Assembly (NCBI GenBank): GCA_035635835.1
Contig: DASQAH010000011.1
Location: forward strand, 1 to 38,605
Origin: Gemmatimonadales bacterium
GTDB lineage: Bacteria > Gemmatimonadota > Gemmatimonadetes > Gemmatimonadales > GWC2-71-9
Length of the DNA: 38,605 nt
Reading direction: 5' to 3'
Of the stretch, positions 32,156 through 38,605 are shown piece after piece; the first letter of the stretch is position 1, and each line of letters opens with the position of its first letter. Position numbers and translations under genes: made by a program. The notes beneath the pieces were generated by a model. The model saw nothing but the letters and a program-made list of their open reading frames with translations. It made no database searches and was not told where the DNA came from.

Positions 32156-33322
32156 ATGCGGGTACTGACGATGGTCGGAGTGGGCCTGGTGTGTGCGGCC
32201 GCAACCTTGAGTGGGCAGCACTCGGACCAGATCGAGATCGGGTCCTACGGCACGTTCACCCGCTTTGACCGCATGTATGGGTTGCCCAACCGGGTGGGTG
32301 GCGGGGTGCATTTCGGGTACTTCATCTCGGACCATGTCGGTGTAGAGGCAGACGCCAACTGGCTCGGCCCCAGCGCCTTGGCGGGTCGCGCGAGCTACCT
32401 GTTCCACAACGGCAGCCTCAACCTCGTCTTCAATCTCCCCACGGGCGACCGTGCGATGGTCTACGTGCTCGGCGGGGTGTCGCGAATCGACTACGGAACG
32501 ACAATTCCCTACAACTACGCCGAGAACGGCGTGGACGGCGGCGGCGGTCTGCGGCTCATGGTTAGCGACCGCGTGGGGTTGCGGTTCGACGGTCGGGTAT
32601 TCTACGACTGGAAGAAGAGCCAGCTGACGGGCCATTGGACCGGTCACGACATCTTGTCGGCAGGGCTGACCTACATGACGGGCCTGCCGCGCACCGGCGG
32701 CTACGTCGCCAGAGCTGGCGAGCGCGACTACCTGTGGTACTGGGGCGCTCAGGGCGGCGTCATCCTCGTGAAGACGAATAACCAGAGCACGACGGCCGAG
32801 CCCATCGTGGGCGGACAGTGGCTGATCACGAAGCACCGGTCCTCGCTCCTGTTCAGCTACGAGACCTCGTTCTTCATCAACGACGTGAAAGCGATCATCA
32901 CGGACCCTGCTTCCACCACCTCGTCCATCGGCCCCGGCTTCCGGGACGTCACGTTCAACCGGCTGCGGCGCATATCGATCGGGCTCGTCGCGCACCCCGC
33001 GCAACGGCACATCGAGCCGTTCGTCGGGGGCGGCTTCGCCATCATGCAGGTGACCAATCCCCTCGTGGATTGCTCAACGTGCAAGACGAATTCCGAAATC
33101 TTCGGAGCCCAGGACTTGGCGGACGCCGCCGCCAGCAAGGCGTTCGCCTGGGTGCTCGGCGGCCTCCAGATCAATTTGTCCCGGCGGCTGAACGTGTTCG
33201 GCCAGTATATCCTGACCTCCGCAGGCTCGGGCTTTCTGCTCGAGGGCAACACCCACTCGCTGATGGGGGGGGTGCGCTATTCGCTCGGCTCCGCGAGAGA
33301 AGACGTCATCGGGCCCCGCTAA
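32156..33322 (+). CDS. Outer-membrane beta-barrel protein (two barrel-like halves)
   Basis: The ATG at 32156 is preceded by GGGAGGAG and gives MRVLTMVGVGLVCAAATLSGQ (signal peptide). It has a repeated strand pattern with G-x-G-Y/F/L motifs and an aromatic-rich C-terminal strand (LMGGVRYSLG). The track start at 32090 lacks a signal peptide. Confidence 0.75.
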   Translation: MRVLTMVGVGLVCAAATLSGQHSDQIEIGSYGTFTRFDRMYGLPNRVGGGVHFGYFISDHVGVEADANWLGPSALAGRASYLFHNGSLNLVFNLPTGDRAMVYVLGGVSRIDYGTTIPYNYAENGVDGGGGLRLMVSDRVGLRFDGRVFYDWKKSQLTGHWTGHDILSAGLTYMTGLPRTGGYVARAGERDYLWYWGAQGGVILVKTNNQSTTAEPIVGGQWLITKHRSSLLFSYETSFFINDVKAIITDPASTTSSIGPGFRDVTFNRLRRISIGLVAHPAQRHIEPFVGGGFAIMQVTNPLVDCSTCKTNSEIFGAQDLADAAASKAFAWVLGGLQINLSRRLNVFGQYILTSAGSGFLLEGNTHSLMGGVRYSLGSAREDVIGPR

Positions 33323-34472
33323 GGACACGCAAAAAGTTCTCCCCGAGGATCTTTCGGACGTCGGCGTCGCTGTAGCCGCGGCTCCTGAGTGCGGCGACGA
33401 GCAGCGGCAGCGACGCCGCGTCTTTCATGGGTACCGGGAGCACGCTGATTCCATCGAAGTCACTCCCCAACCCCACGTGGTCGATGCCTGCCACGCGCAC
33501 GGCATGCTCGATGTGGTCCACTAGCCGATCGATCCCCGGCACATCGAGGCCGGCGACCTGCTCCCCGATGAACTTGTCCACCTCGAAGGCCGACGCCCCC
33601 GGGCGCCCACGGAAGCGCGCCCGGATCGAGTCGGTCTGCGGCCGCAACCGCTGGCGCAGCGCCTCGTATTCGTGTCGGAACCGGTCGTCCAGGAACACCG
33701 GGTAAAAAACGATTCCGACGAGGCCGCCCGTCCGCGCGAGCGCCCGGAGCTGCTCGTCGGTGAGGTTGCGCGGATGGTGCGCCAGCGCGCGGCAGGCTGA
33801 ATGGGAAGCGATGACGGGCCGGCTCGACGTCGCGATCACGTCCCAGAACGTCGAGTCCGAAACGTGCGAGACATCCACGAGCATCCCCAGCTCATTCATC
33901 CGTCGCACCACTTGTTTGCCGAAGGCGGTGAGCGCGCCCGCGCGGCGCGGGTCGGTCGCGGATCCCGCCCAGTCGTTCCCATTGTTCCACGTGAGCGTCA
34001 TGTAGCGCACGCCCAGGGCGTACAACGAGTCGAGCTTTTCAAGCGAATTCTCGATCGCGTGCCCGCCTTCAACGCCCAGTAGTGCTGCGACGTGTCCGCG
34101 GGCGGCGGCGGCCCGCACGGCATCCGCATTGGTCGCGAGCTCCACGTCGCGGTTGCTGTCGGCCAAGGTCTTCACCGCGCTGATCAGGTCGAGCGCCCGC
34201 CGGAACGCTGAGCCCGGTCCGTAGCGCGAATCCACCCAGATGGAGAAGAACGCCGCCGTCAGGCCACCCGCCTTCATGCGGGGGATGTCCACGTGGCCGT
34301 CGGCAAGCCGCGCCGAAATGTCGTCGCGGCGATCAAGCATCCGCTGGGGTGTGTCGATATGGCCGTCGACGATAATGGCGGCGGGAGGAGTAGGGGCTGG
34401 AGGGAGAGCGGGGGGTAAGGGAGGGGGCGGTGGCTGCTGCAGCATGAGGAGCAGGCCTAGCGAGAAGCCCAT
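33306..34472 (-). CDS. M19-family membrane dipeptidase, exported
   Basis: The ATG at 34470-34472 gives MGFSLGLLLMLQQPPPPPLPP... followed by VDGHIDTP, HVDIPRMKAGGLTAAFFSIWV, LGVEGGHAIE, GVRYMTLTWNNGNDWAGS, VDVSHVSD, SHSACRAL, GLGSDFDG, all typical of renal-dipeptidase-like enzymes. It overlaps the Mpg stop by 16 nt. Confidence 0.88.
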   Translation of the reverse strand: MGFSLGLLLMLQQPPPPPLPPALPPAPTPPAAIIVDGHIDTPQRMLDRRDDISARLADGHVDIPRMKAGGLTAAFFSIWVDSRYGPGSAFRRALDLISAVKTLADSNRDVELATNADAVRAAAARGHVAALLGVEGGHAIENSLEKLDSLYALGVRYMTLTWNNGNDWAGSATDPRRAGALTAFGKQVVRRMNELGMLVDVSHVSDSTFWDVIATSSRPVIASHSACRALAHHPRNLTDEQLRALARTGGLVGIVFYPVFLDDRFRHEYEALRQRLRPQTDSIRARFRGRPGASAFEVDKFIGEQVAGLDVPGIDRLVDHIEHAVRVAGIDHVGLGSDFDGISVLPVPMKDAASLPLLVAALRSRGYSDADVRKILGENFLRVLSGAR

Positions 34473-35128
34473 GGAGAGTCCTCGAGCAGGAAGCGCAATG
34501 GCCAGTCGGCGGCGCGGGTGACGCCGATGCGTGGCGTCACGGCAACCCGGGATGGCGTGGAGAGCCGGTTCCCGCCGGATACAATGCGCACCGCCTCTTC
34601 CAGTCGCACCAAGGACACTCCGTCCAGGGAACCGGTGATGCCGAGCGCTTGACACAACCTCGCTGGGCCCGAGCAGAGGTGCCGGTCGGAGACACCACCG
34701 CGCCGCCGCCGCATCGTCTCGAGCCCGTCGAGCGGCTCCAGGGCGCGAATCAGAACAGCAGCCGGGAAGCCCGGCGCCTCAGTGACGGCGTTGAGGCACC
34801 AGTGTATCCCGTAGGTGAAGTAGATGTACGCGGTGCCCGGCGGCCCGTAGAGCGATTCGCAGCGGGGGGTGCGGCGACCGCCCCAGGCGTGGCAGGCGGG
34901 GTCGTGCGGGCCGACGTACGCCTCGGTCTCGACGATCCGGCCGGCGGTGTGTCGGCCACGTACGTTGCTCACCAGCACCTGTCCTAACAGCCGCTGCGCT
35001 ACCTCAGCCGTGGGACGCGCGTAGAACGTCGCGGCGAGGGGCCGGCCCCCTCCGCCCCGCTCTCGCGCCCCACCCCCGTCACGTCCCGCCGGTGAGCCCG
35101 CGCTTGACCTTGGACCAGAACGATTCAC
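34457..35128 (-). CDS. mpg: DNA-3-methyladenine glycosylase (Mpg/AAG family)
   Basis: FYARPTAEVAQRLLGQVLV...GRIVETEAYVGPHDPACHAWGGRRTPRCESLYGPPGTAYIYFTYGIHWCLNAV...AVLIRALEP...LCSGPARLCQALGI matches the AAG family. No ATG/GTG/TTG exists between the upstream stop (35079) and the conserved core. The nearest in-frame start is GTG 35126-35128, giving a 50-nt overlap with the NYN gene. The exact start is uncertain. Confidence 0.82.
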   Translation of the reverse strand: MNRSGPRSSAGSPAGRDGGGARERGGGGRPLAATFYARPTAEVAQRLLGQVLVSNVRGRHTAGRIVETEAYVGPHDPACHAWGGRRTPRCESLYGPPGTAYIYFTYGIHWCLNAVTEAPGFPAAVLIRALEPLDGLETMRRRRGGVSDRHLCSGPARLCQALGITGSLDGVSLVRLEEAVRIVSGGNRLSTPSRVAVTPRIGVTRAADWPLRFLLEDSPWASR

Positions 35129-37019
35129 CGCCCGGATCCTCGACCTTCGGTTTGGCGGCTGGCGCTGGAGGCGGCGCAACGGCGGGTGGCCCCGACGTGT
35201 CGACGGCCACACGTGGCTGCGGCCTCTCGAACCGCTCGCTGTCCGAGCGCTCGGGCCGATTCCCGCCCCTACCACGACCACCGCGGCTCCCCCCCCCTCC
35301 TCCTCCTCCCCCTCCCCCTCCCCCTCCCGCTCCCGGCCCCCGGCCGCTGCGTTCACCACGTCCGCCCCGCTCGCCATTGTCGGGGCGCTCACCGCCGCGG
35401 TCACTGCCCTCGCGGCTGCGCCCCCCCCCACCTCCGCCCCCCCGCCCCCCGCGCCTGCCACGGCCGCGGCCACGGCCTTCGCGGGGCTCGCGCTCGCCCT
35501 CCAGGGTGCGCCCCGAAGCCTCACCGCCACCCAGGACCTCGGTGACGGGCGGCTTCACCGGTGTCAAGTCGATGCGCGGCCGGAAATTCGGGTCCACCTC
35601 GACCACGCCGATCTTCGGGACGCTCGGAGAGGGGCTCGCGAGGCGCGGGCCCTTAGAGCCCCGCCGGAACCGCGCGCTGCGGGATGGGATCACGGTTCCC
35701 GCGCCCGGAGCGCCGGACGAATACGGCGGTGGCGGCGCCGACGACTCGGGTTGGGGAGGCTCGTCCTCCTCCTCGGTGACGGGCACGAGGGCGGGCGGCG
35801 GGGCGAGTGCTGGTGGACCGGAGATGGATGCCGGCGCCGCCTCGCCGCGCAGCTTCACCTTGTAGCCGCCGTCCTCTTCCTTCGACAGGTCGACGATCTC
35901 GCGGTCGTGGGCTTTGCGCAGGACCTGCTGGAGCTGGGCGGGCTCGAACGGCTCGTGCTCGCCTGGCTGCAGCGAGTTGACCGTTTCACGCAGCTCCTCG
36001 GCGCTGACCGGGCGTTCCTCCCCACCGAGGCGACCGAGCGCCTGTTTAATGAGGGTGACCGCGCCGTCGAACGCGCCGCCCCCACCGCCCCCGCCGCCCC
36101 CACCCCCTCGGCCACCCCGGCCTCCGCTCCGGCCCCCGCGGCCGCGGCCGCGGCTCGCACCGCGCGGCTCGCGCTCCGCCACCGGGGGGGTGGGGGAGGA
36201 CGGGGAGGCCGGGGCGCCGACTGGCTGGGCCGCGGCGTCGGAGACTTCAGGACCGAGAGCGATCTCGTACTGACCGTTGTCGAGTCGGGTGAGGGCGATG
36301 AGCCCACGGTGCGCCGCCTCGACGACGAACTTGCTGAAGCGCGAGAAGCCCGCGTCCTTCTCGTCGAAATTGGGGTCGATCTCCTGCATCACCTGCTTCA
36401 GGCGGTCGGAGCGCATGACGTCGTTGTGGGCGGTCATCTGTTTGACTGCCTCGACGACCAGCTCCCAGGGGTCGCGCCGCTCGTGGGTCACATCGCTCGC
36501 CTTGGTGAAGCCAGCGAGCTCGTTATAGGAGTAATACTCGTCGCAATTCTGGATCAGGAGATCGCTCGACGACTCCCGGATCCCCACTCCGATCACGTAC
36601 TTGCCGTACTCTTTCAGCTTGAGTACGAGCGAGGAGAAGTCGCTATCGCCGGAGAGGAGGATAAACGTGCCAATCTCGGGCCTGGTGAACACCAGCTCGA
36701 GGGCATCGATGGCGAGGCGAATGTCGGTCGCGTTCTTCTTGTTGGACCCGTAGGCCGGCGCGAAGATCAAATCGATCGAGGACTCCGACAGCGGGACGAT
36801 GTACTGCGGGTAGCGGCGCCAGTCGGCGTAGGCGCGCTGGACCGCCACCTTCCCCCGGATGATCTCGGACTGCAGGAGTCGCTTCAGCTCGGTTTGGAGA
36901 TCCGAGCGGATCCCCATGGTGACGTTGTCGAAGTCGATCAGGAGCGCCGCGTTCGGCGCGTGGGCAGGAGGTTCTTTGTGGACCGGCCGTGGCAGATGCG
37001 CTTGCGGCTGTTGATTCAT
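35079..37019 (-). CDS. NYN (LabA-like) ribonuclease domain + OST-HTH/LOTUS domain protein with two long RGG/poly-Gly low-complexity regions
   Basis: 646 aa. NYN domain: ALLIDFDNV...AYADWRRY...NATDIRLAIDALELV...FILLSGDSDFSSLVLKLKEYGKYVIGVG. LOTUS-like domain: DPWELVVEAVKQM...VMRSDRLKQVMQEIDPNFDEKDAGFSRFSKFVVEAAHRGLIAL. RGG tracts lie at aa 285-315 and 510-590 (RGRGRGGRSGGRGGRGG-G13; GRGRGRGRRGGRGG-G6...G13-SRGGRGRGG). Confidence 0.85.
   Translation of the reverse strand: MNQQPQAHLPRPVHKEPPAHAPNAALLIDFDNVTMGIRSDLQTELKRLLQSEIIRGKVAVQRAYADWRRYPQYIVPLSESSIDLIFAPAYGSNKKNATDIRLAIDALELVFTRPEIGTFILLSGDSDFSSLVLKLKEYGKYVIGVGIRESSSDLLIQNCDEYYSYNELAGFTKASDVTHERRDPWELVVEAVKQMTAHNDVMRSDRLKQVMQEIDPNFDEKDAGFSRFSKFVVEAAHRGLIALTRLDNGQYEIALGPEVSDAAAQPVGAPASPSSPTPPVAEREPRGASRGRGRGGRSGGRGGRGGGGGGGGGGGAFDGAVTLIKQALGRLGGEERPVSAEELRETVNSLQPGEHEPFEPAQLQQVLRKAHDREIVDLSKEEDGGYKVKLRGEAAPASISGPPALAPPPALVPVTEEEDEPPQPESSAPPPPYSSGAPGAGTVIPSRSARFRRGSKGPRLASPSPSVPKIGVVEVDPNFRPRIDLTPVKPPVTEVLGGGEASGRTLEGEREPREGRGRGRGRRGGRGGGGGGGRSREGSDRGGERPDNGERGGRGERSGRGPGAGGGGGGGGGGGGGSRGGRGRGGNRPERSDSERFERPQPRVAVDTSGPPAVAPPPAPAAKPKVEDPGGESFWSKVKRGLTGGT
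35250..35492 (-). repeat. Low-complexity GGN/CGN coding repeat (RGG tract 2); includes a 42-nt pure pyrimidine run on the + strand (35287-35328)
   Basis: Read directly: ctcccccccctcctcctcctccccctccccctccccctccc on the + strand. The sense strand therefore carries consecutive G3-G7 runs. Confidence 0.85.
36075..36167 (-). repeat. Low-complexity GGN/CGN coding repeat (RGG tract 1)
   Basis: The + strand reads cgccgcccccaccgcccccgccgcccccaccccctcggccaccccggcc... It encodes RGRGRGGRSGGRGGRGGGGGGGGGGGG. Confidence 0.85.
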
Positions 37020-37162
37020 GTGGTTGTGCTCAATTCCAGGCTCAGGACCTGCGCGCGTCCCCGTCGCGGCACTGTGCCGCTCTTATTCAGCGACCAGGGG
37101 TCGACGAAGCGTGCCAGGTCGAGCGCGTTGTAGGCGGCGACGGTCTCATGGCGGAATTCCAC
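37016..37162 (-). CDS. Candidate small upstream ORF (at least 48 aa) translationally coupled to the NYN gene
   Basis: This ORF is absent from the ORF track, presumably because it is under 60 aa from a canonical start. The frame is open from 37363 to a TGA that overlaps the NYN ATG (ATGA at 37016-37019). The first canonical start is GTG 37160-37162, giving VEFRHETVAAYNALDLARFVDPWSLNKSGTVPRRGRAQVLSLELSTTT. GC3 is very high through ...YVGIVTGDEPDELVEF upstream of that GTG. Confidence 0.3.
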   Translation of the reverse strand: MEFRHETVAAYNALDLARFVDPWSLNKSGTVPRRGRAQVLSLELSTTT

Positions 37163-37360
37163 GAGCTCGTCAGGTTCGTCGCCGGTGACGATCCCGACAT
37201 AGGAGAGAGGCCTATGGGTGGGCGCAGCGGCGGGCGCGAGGCGCCTCGTGCCGCGGTGCGGGGTGATCCGGCGGGCTCCGCTGGGGCGATCCCGATCGGG
37301 ATCCTCTTGGCCCGCGAGGCGAAAAGCACCGCCAGACGACCTGTGACCACTTCCCTTACC

Positions 37361-37390
37361 ACTCTACTCTGCGTTGGGACCCATTGACAA
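37361..37390 (-). promoter_or_regulatory. Candidate promoter for the NYN operon: TTGTCA - 18 nt - TAGAGT (minus strand)
   Basis: The reverse complement of tgacaa (37385-37390) and actcta (37361-37366). It lies in a locally AT-richer stretch and would give a leader of about 340 nt. Confidence 0.3.
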
Positions 37391-37424
37391 TAAACAACTT
37401 GCGTGCAGAAAGCCAGGGCTTGGA

Positions 37425-37868
37425 CTACTTCCGGTAGACGGCGACCCCATACCAACAGGGGTTCATCTGGCAGCCGGCCATCGTCACTTTGACCCGATAC
37501 CGCATGGTCACAGGCGGCGTGAACCGCAGCATGGGATAGTTCTCGCTGCCACGATCGACGGCGACCTCGTTGCGCGCGGCATTCGCCAGGACCAGGTGGA
37601 GGCTGGTGCAGTCATTGTCGCAGACCCCGCTGATGAAGTAGGCGACACCGGCTTGGAGCGTGACCGGGAACGACTCTGACTCTTCGCCGTTCAGGGGTGC
37701 GACGCGAGTCAAATCCGGCCGGCCGACACCCTGGCCGTGTAGCGAGGCGACCGCCCGCTGCAGCTGGTCCGACACCTGTCGCTCCCAACGGTTTCCCTGG
37801 GCGTTGAGGGGCGCCCGCACCGCGAAGCAGACGATCGCGATAACGACGAGGGTGCCGGCGCGTCTCAT
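37425..37868 (-). CDS. Small secreted Cys-containing protein (147 aa), unknown family
   Basis: The internal ATG at 37866-37868 gives MRRAGTLVVIAIVCFAVRAPLNAQ (signal peptide), then a beta-rich domain with four Cys (GVCDNDCTSL, AGCQMNPCWYG). ATGA overlap with the upstream gene stop. The 380-aa track ORF upstream part is an off-frame run-on. Confidence 0.6.
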   Translation of the reverse strand: MRRAGTLVVIAIVCFAVRAPLNAQGNRWERQVSDQLQRAVASLHGQGVGRPDLTRVAPLNGEESESFPVTLQAGVAYFISGVCDNDCTSLHLVLANAARNEVAVDRGSENYPMLRFTPPVTMRYRVKVTMAGCQMNPCWYGVAVYRK

Positions 37869-38605
37869 CGGACCTGCCGCCGGCGCGCCGCGAGGGCGAC
37901 GCTGCCGAGCGCGGCGGCGGCGAGCAGCAGGGCGAGGGCGGACGCGCTGCGCGGTGCGGCGGCCCCAAGGGGAAGCGCCGGAGCGAAGCGGCGCTCCCAA
38001 CTGACGGTCCACTCTCCAACGGGCATGCTCAGAGCCGCCGCAAGCGCGGTGTCGACCGGCAGGGTGGAGCTCCAGAAGCGCAGGAACCGATCGTGACCGA
38101 CCTCGCGCACCATGTCGCTGAGGTAGCGGTCTGCCGCCACCAGCCGCTGACTCTGCCACCACCATCGGCCAAGCGTAACCGCACGGGGAACGGAGTCGTC
38201 GAAGGCCCCCTCGGCCCCCTCGAGTACTGCGGTACGACACGCGTCGGGTCTGCGCGCCAGACACGCCACGGCCGTCAAGGACTGGTTGTACACCCAGGCC
38301 CACCACCACTGTTGCCTGGCTGGATCCGCCTCGAGCCCCCACAGCCGAGGCCGCCCCGGGGTATCCCAGACCGGGTATAGCGCGAGATCGAAGTTCCGCC
38401 GCGCGAGCCAGGAGCGGACCGGCTTCCCCGGGTTGCCGTAGGCGGCGTAGAAGGCGCAGGGCCCGAGATTCCCCTTGAGCCATTCCCGGAATTGTGCCTC
38501 CCTCTCGACCCGTCGGACTCGAAGCAGGTCGATGATCCAGTACCCCGCCGGGATCAGGACGCTGCACGTCGTACGGTCGGCGGAATCGGGGAGCAGATAT
38601 GAGGC
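37865..38605 (-). CDS. Hypothetical protein with C-terminal TM anchor; 5' end outside the window (partial)
   Basis: The track reports only 37865-38293 (from a GTG). My hand translation shows the same frame stays open, with high GC3, to the window edge: ASYLLPDSADRTTCSVLIPAGYWIIDLLRVRRVEREAQFREWLKGNLGPCAFYAAYGNPGKPVRSWLARRNFDLALYPVWDTPGRPRLWGLEADPARQQWWWAW-VYNQSL... The C-terminus ALALLLAAAALGSVALAARRRQ is a TM anchor. Confidence 0.6.
   Translation of the reverse strand, partial: ASYLLPDSADRTTCSVLIPAGYWIIDLLRVRRVEREAQFREWLKGNLGPCAFYAAYGNPGKPVRSWLARRNFDLALYPVWDTPGRPRLWGLEADPARQQWWWAWVYNQSLTAVACLARRPDACRTAVLEGAEGAFDDSVPRAVTLGRWWWQSQRLVAADRYLSDMVREVGHDRFLRFWSSTLPVDTALAAALSMPVGEWTVSWERRFAPALPLGAAAPRSASALALLLAAAALGSVALAARRRQVR

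Noticed and set aside
35250-36170. Repetitive GGN/CGN tracts that could look like a repeat array or CRISPR at first glance
   Set aside because: There are no regularly spaced identical repeats with unique spacers. The tracts are in frame within the NYN-LOTUS gene and encode RGG/poly-Gly. No cas genes are present in the window.
37087-37455. 122-aa minus-strand ORF, and the 132-aa + strand ORF (36989-37387), in the NYN leader
   Set aside because: The translations are Pro/Ser/Arg/Ala-rich and featureless. The minus ORF overlaps the stop of the upstream secreted-protein gene. A different frame in the same region shows better coding character and the ATGA coupling.
1-38605. Mobile elements, prophage genes, integrases, tRNA/rRNA genes, toxin-antitoxin pairs or known defence-system genes
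   Set aside because: I recognised none in any frame. Apart from short AT-richer intergenic patches, composition looks uniform, so I see no evidence for a horizontally acquired island. A computed GC or k-mer skew plot would be needed to be certain.

Overview
Visibly high-GC bacterial chromosomal DNA (about two-thirds G+C by eye, not computed), densely coding, with about 40 real genes. Many of them are chained by 1-4 nt start/stop overlaps. Signal peptides ending in ...AQ and the overall protein flavour suggest Gemmatimonadota or a related soil lineage, but that is a weak inference. I found no rRNA, tRNA, CRISPR array, transposase or integrase, so this looks like core chromosome rather than a mobile island. 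Most long ORFs in the six-frame track are antisense or off-frame shadows typical of high-GC DNA.

Gene content, left to right:
- 24-1620 (-): a Vgb-type beta-propeller gene followed by a CxxCH-motif exported protein.
- 1691-6760 (-): a four-gene, translationally coupled envelope operon. It encodes a secreted Big_2/PPC protein, a zinc-ribbon Ser/Thr kinase with an extracellular PEGA domain, a TPR/FlgD-Ig membrane protein and an outer-membrane beta-barrel.
- 6850-14644: a MoxR AAA+ / DUF58 / DUF4350 / DUF4129 cluster, flanked by two paralogous polytopic membrane proteins and facing a fused RDD-SpoIIM(DUF95) gene.
- 14682-16380 (-): an M50 site-2 protease, then a coupled pair made of a 94-aa protein and a stand-alone 64-aa histidine-kinase DHp domain.
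- 16514-22411: housekeeping genes rho, ruvX, mltG, thiE, aroH, an rlmI-like methyltransferase and a CDF transporter.
- 24463-27414 (+): an orphan formate-dehydrogenase alpha-type molybdoenzyme.
- 27469-28186 (-): a frameshifted outer-membrane barrel pseudogene.
- 28895-31936 (+): an SDR, then tdh-kbl.
- 32156-33322 (+): an outer-membrane barrel.
- 33306-37019 (-): an operon encoding an NYN-LOTUS protein with very long RGG/poly-Gly tracts, an Mpg DNA glycosylase and an M19 dipeptidase.
- 37425-38605 (-): a coupled pair at the right edge, whose upstream member is open to the window boundary and is truncated in the ORF track.

Best candidates for new biology:
- the MoxR/DUF58/DUF4350/DUF4129/RDD-SpoIIM membrane module, with its local fusion and duplication;
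- the NYN-LOTUS-RGG protein, whose own mRNA carries G-quadruplex-type tracts;
- the envelope-spanning kinase operon;
- the DHp-only mini-protein pair;
- an orphan low-GC intergenic island with a perfect 13-bp inverted repeat.
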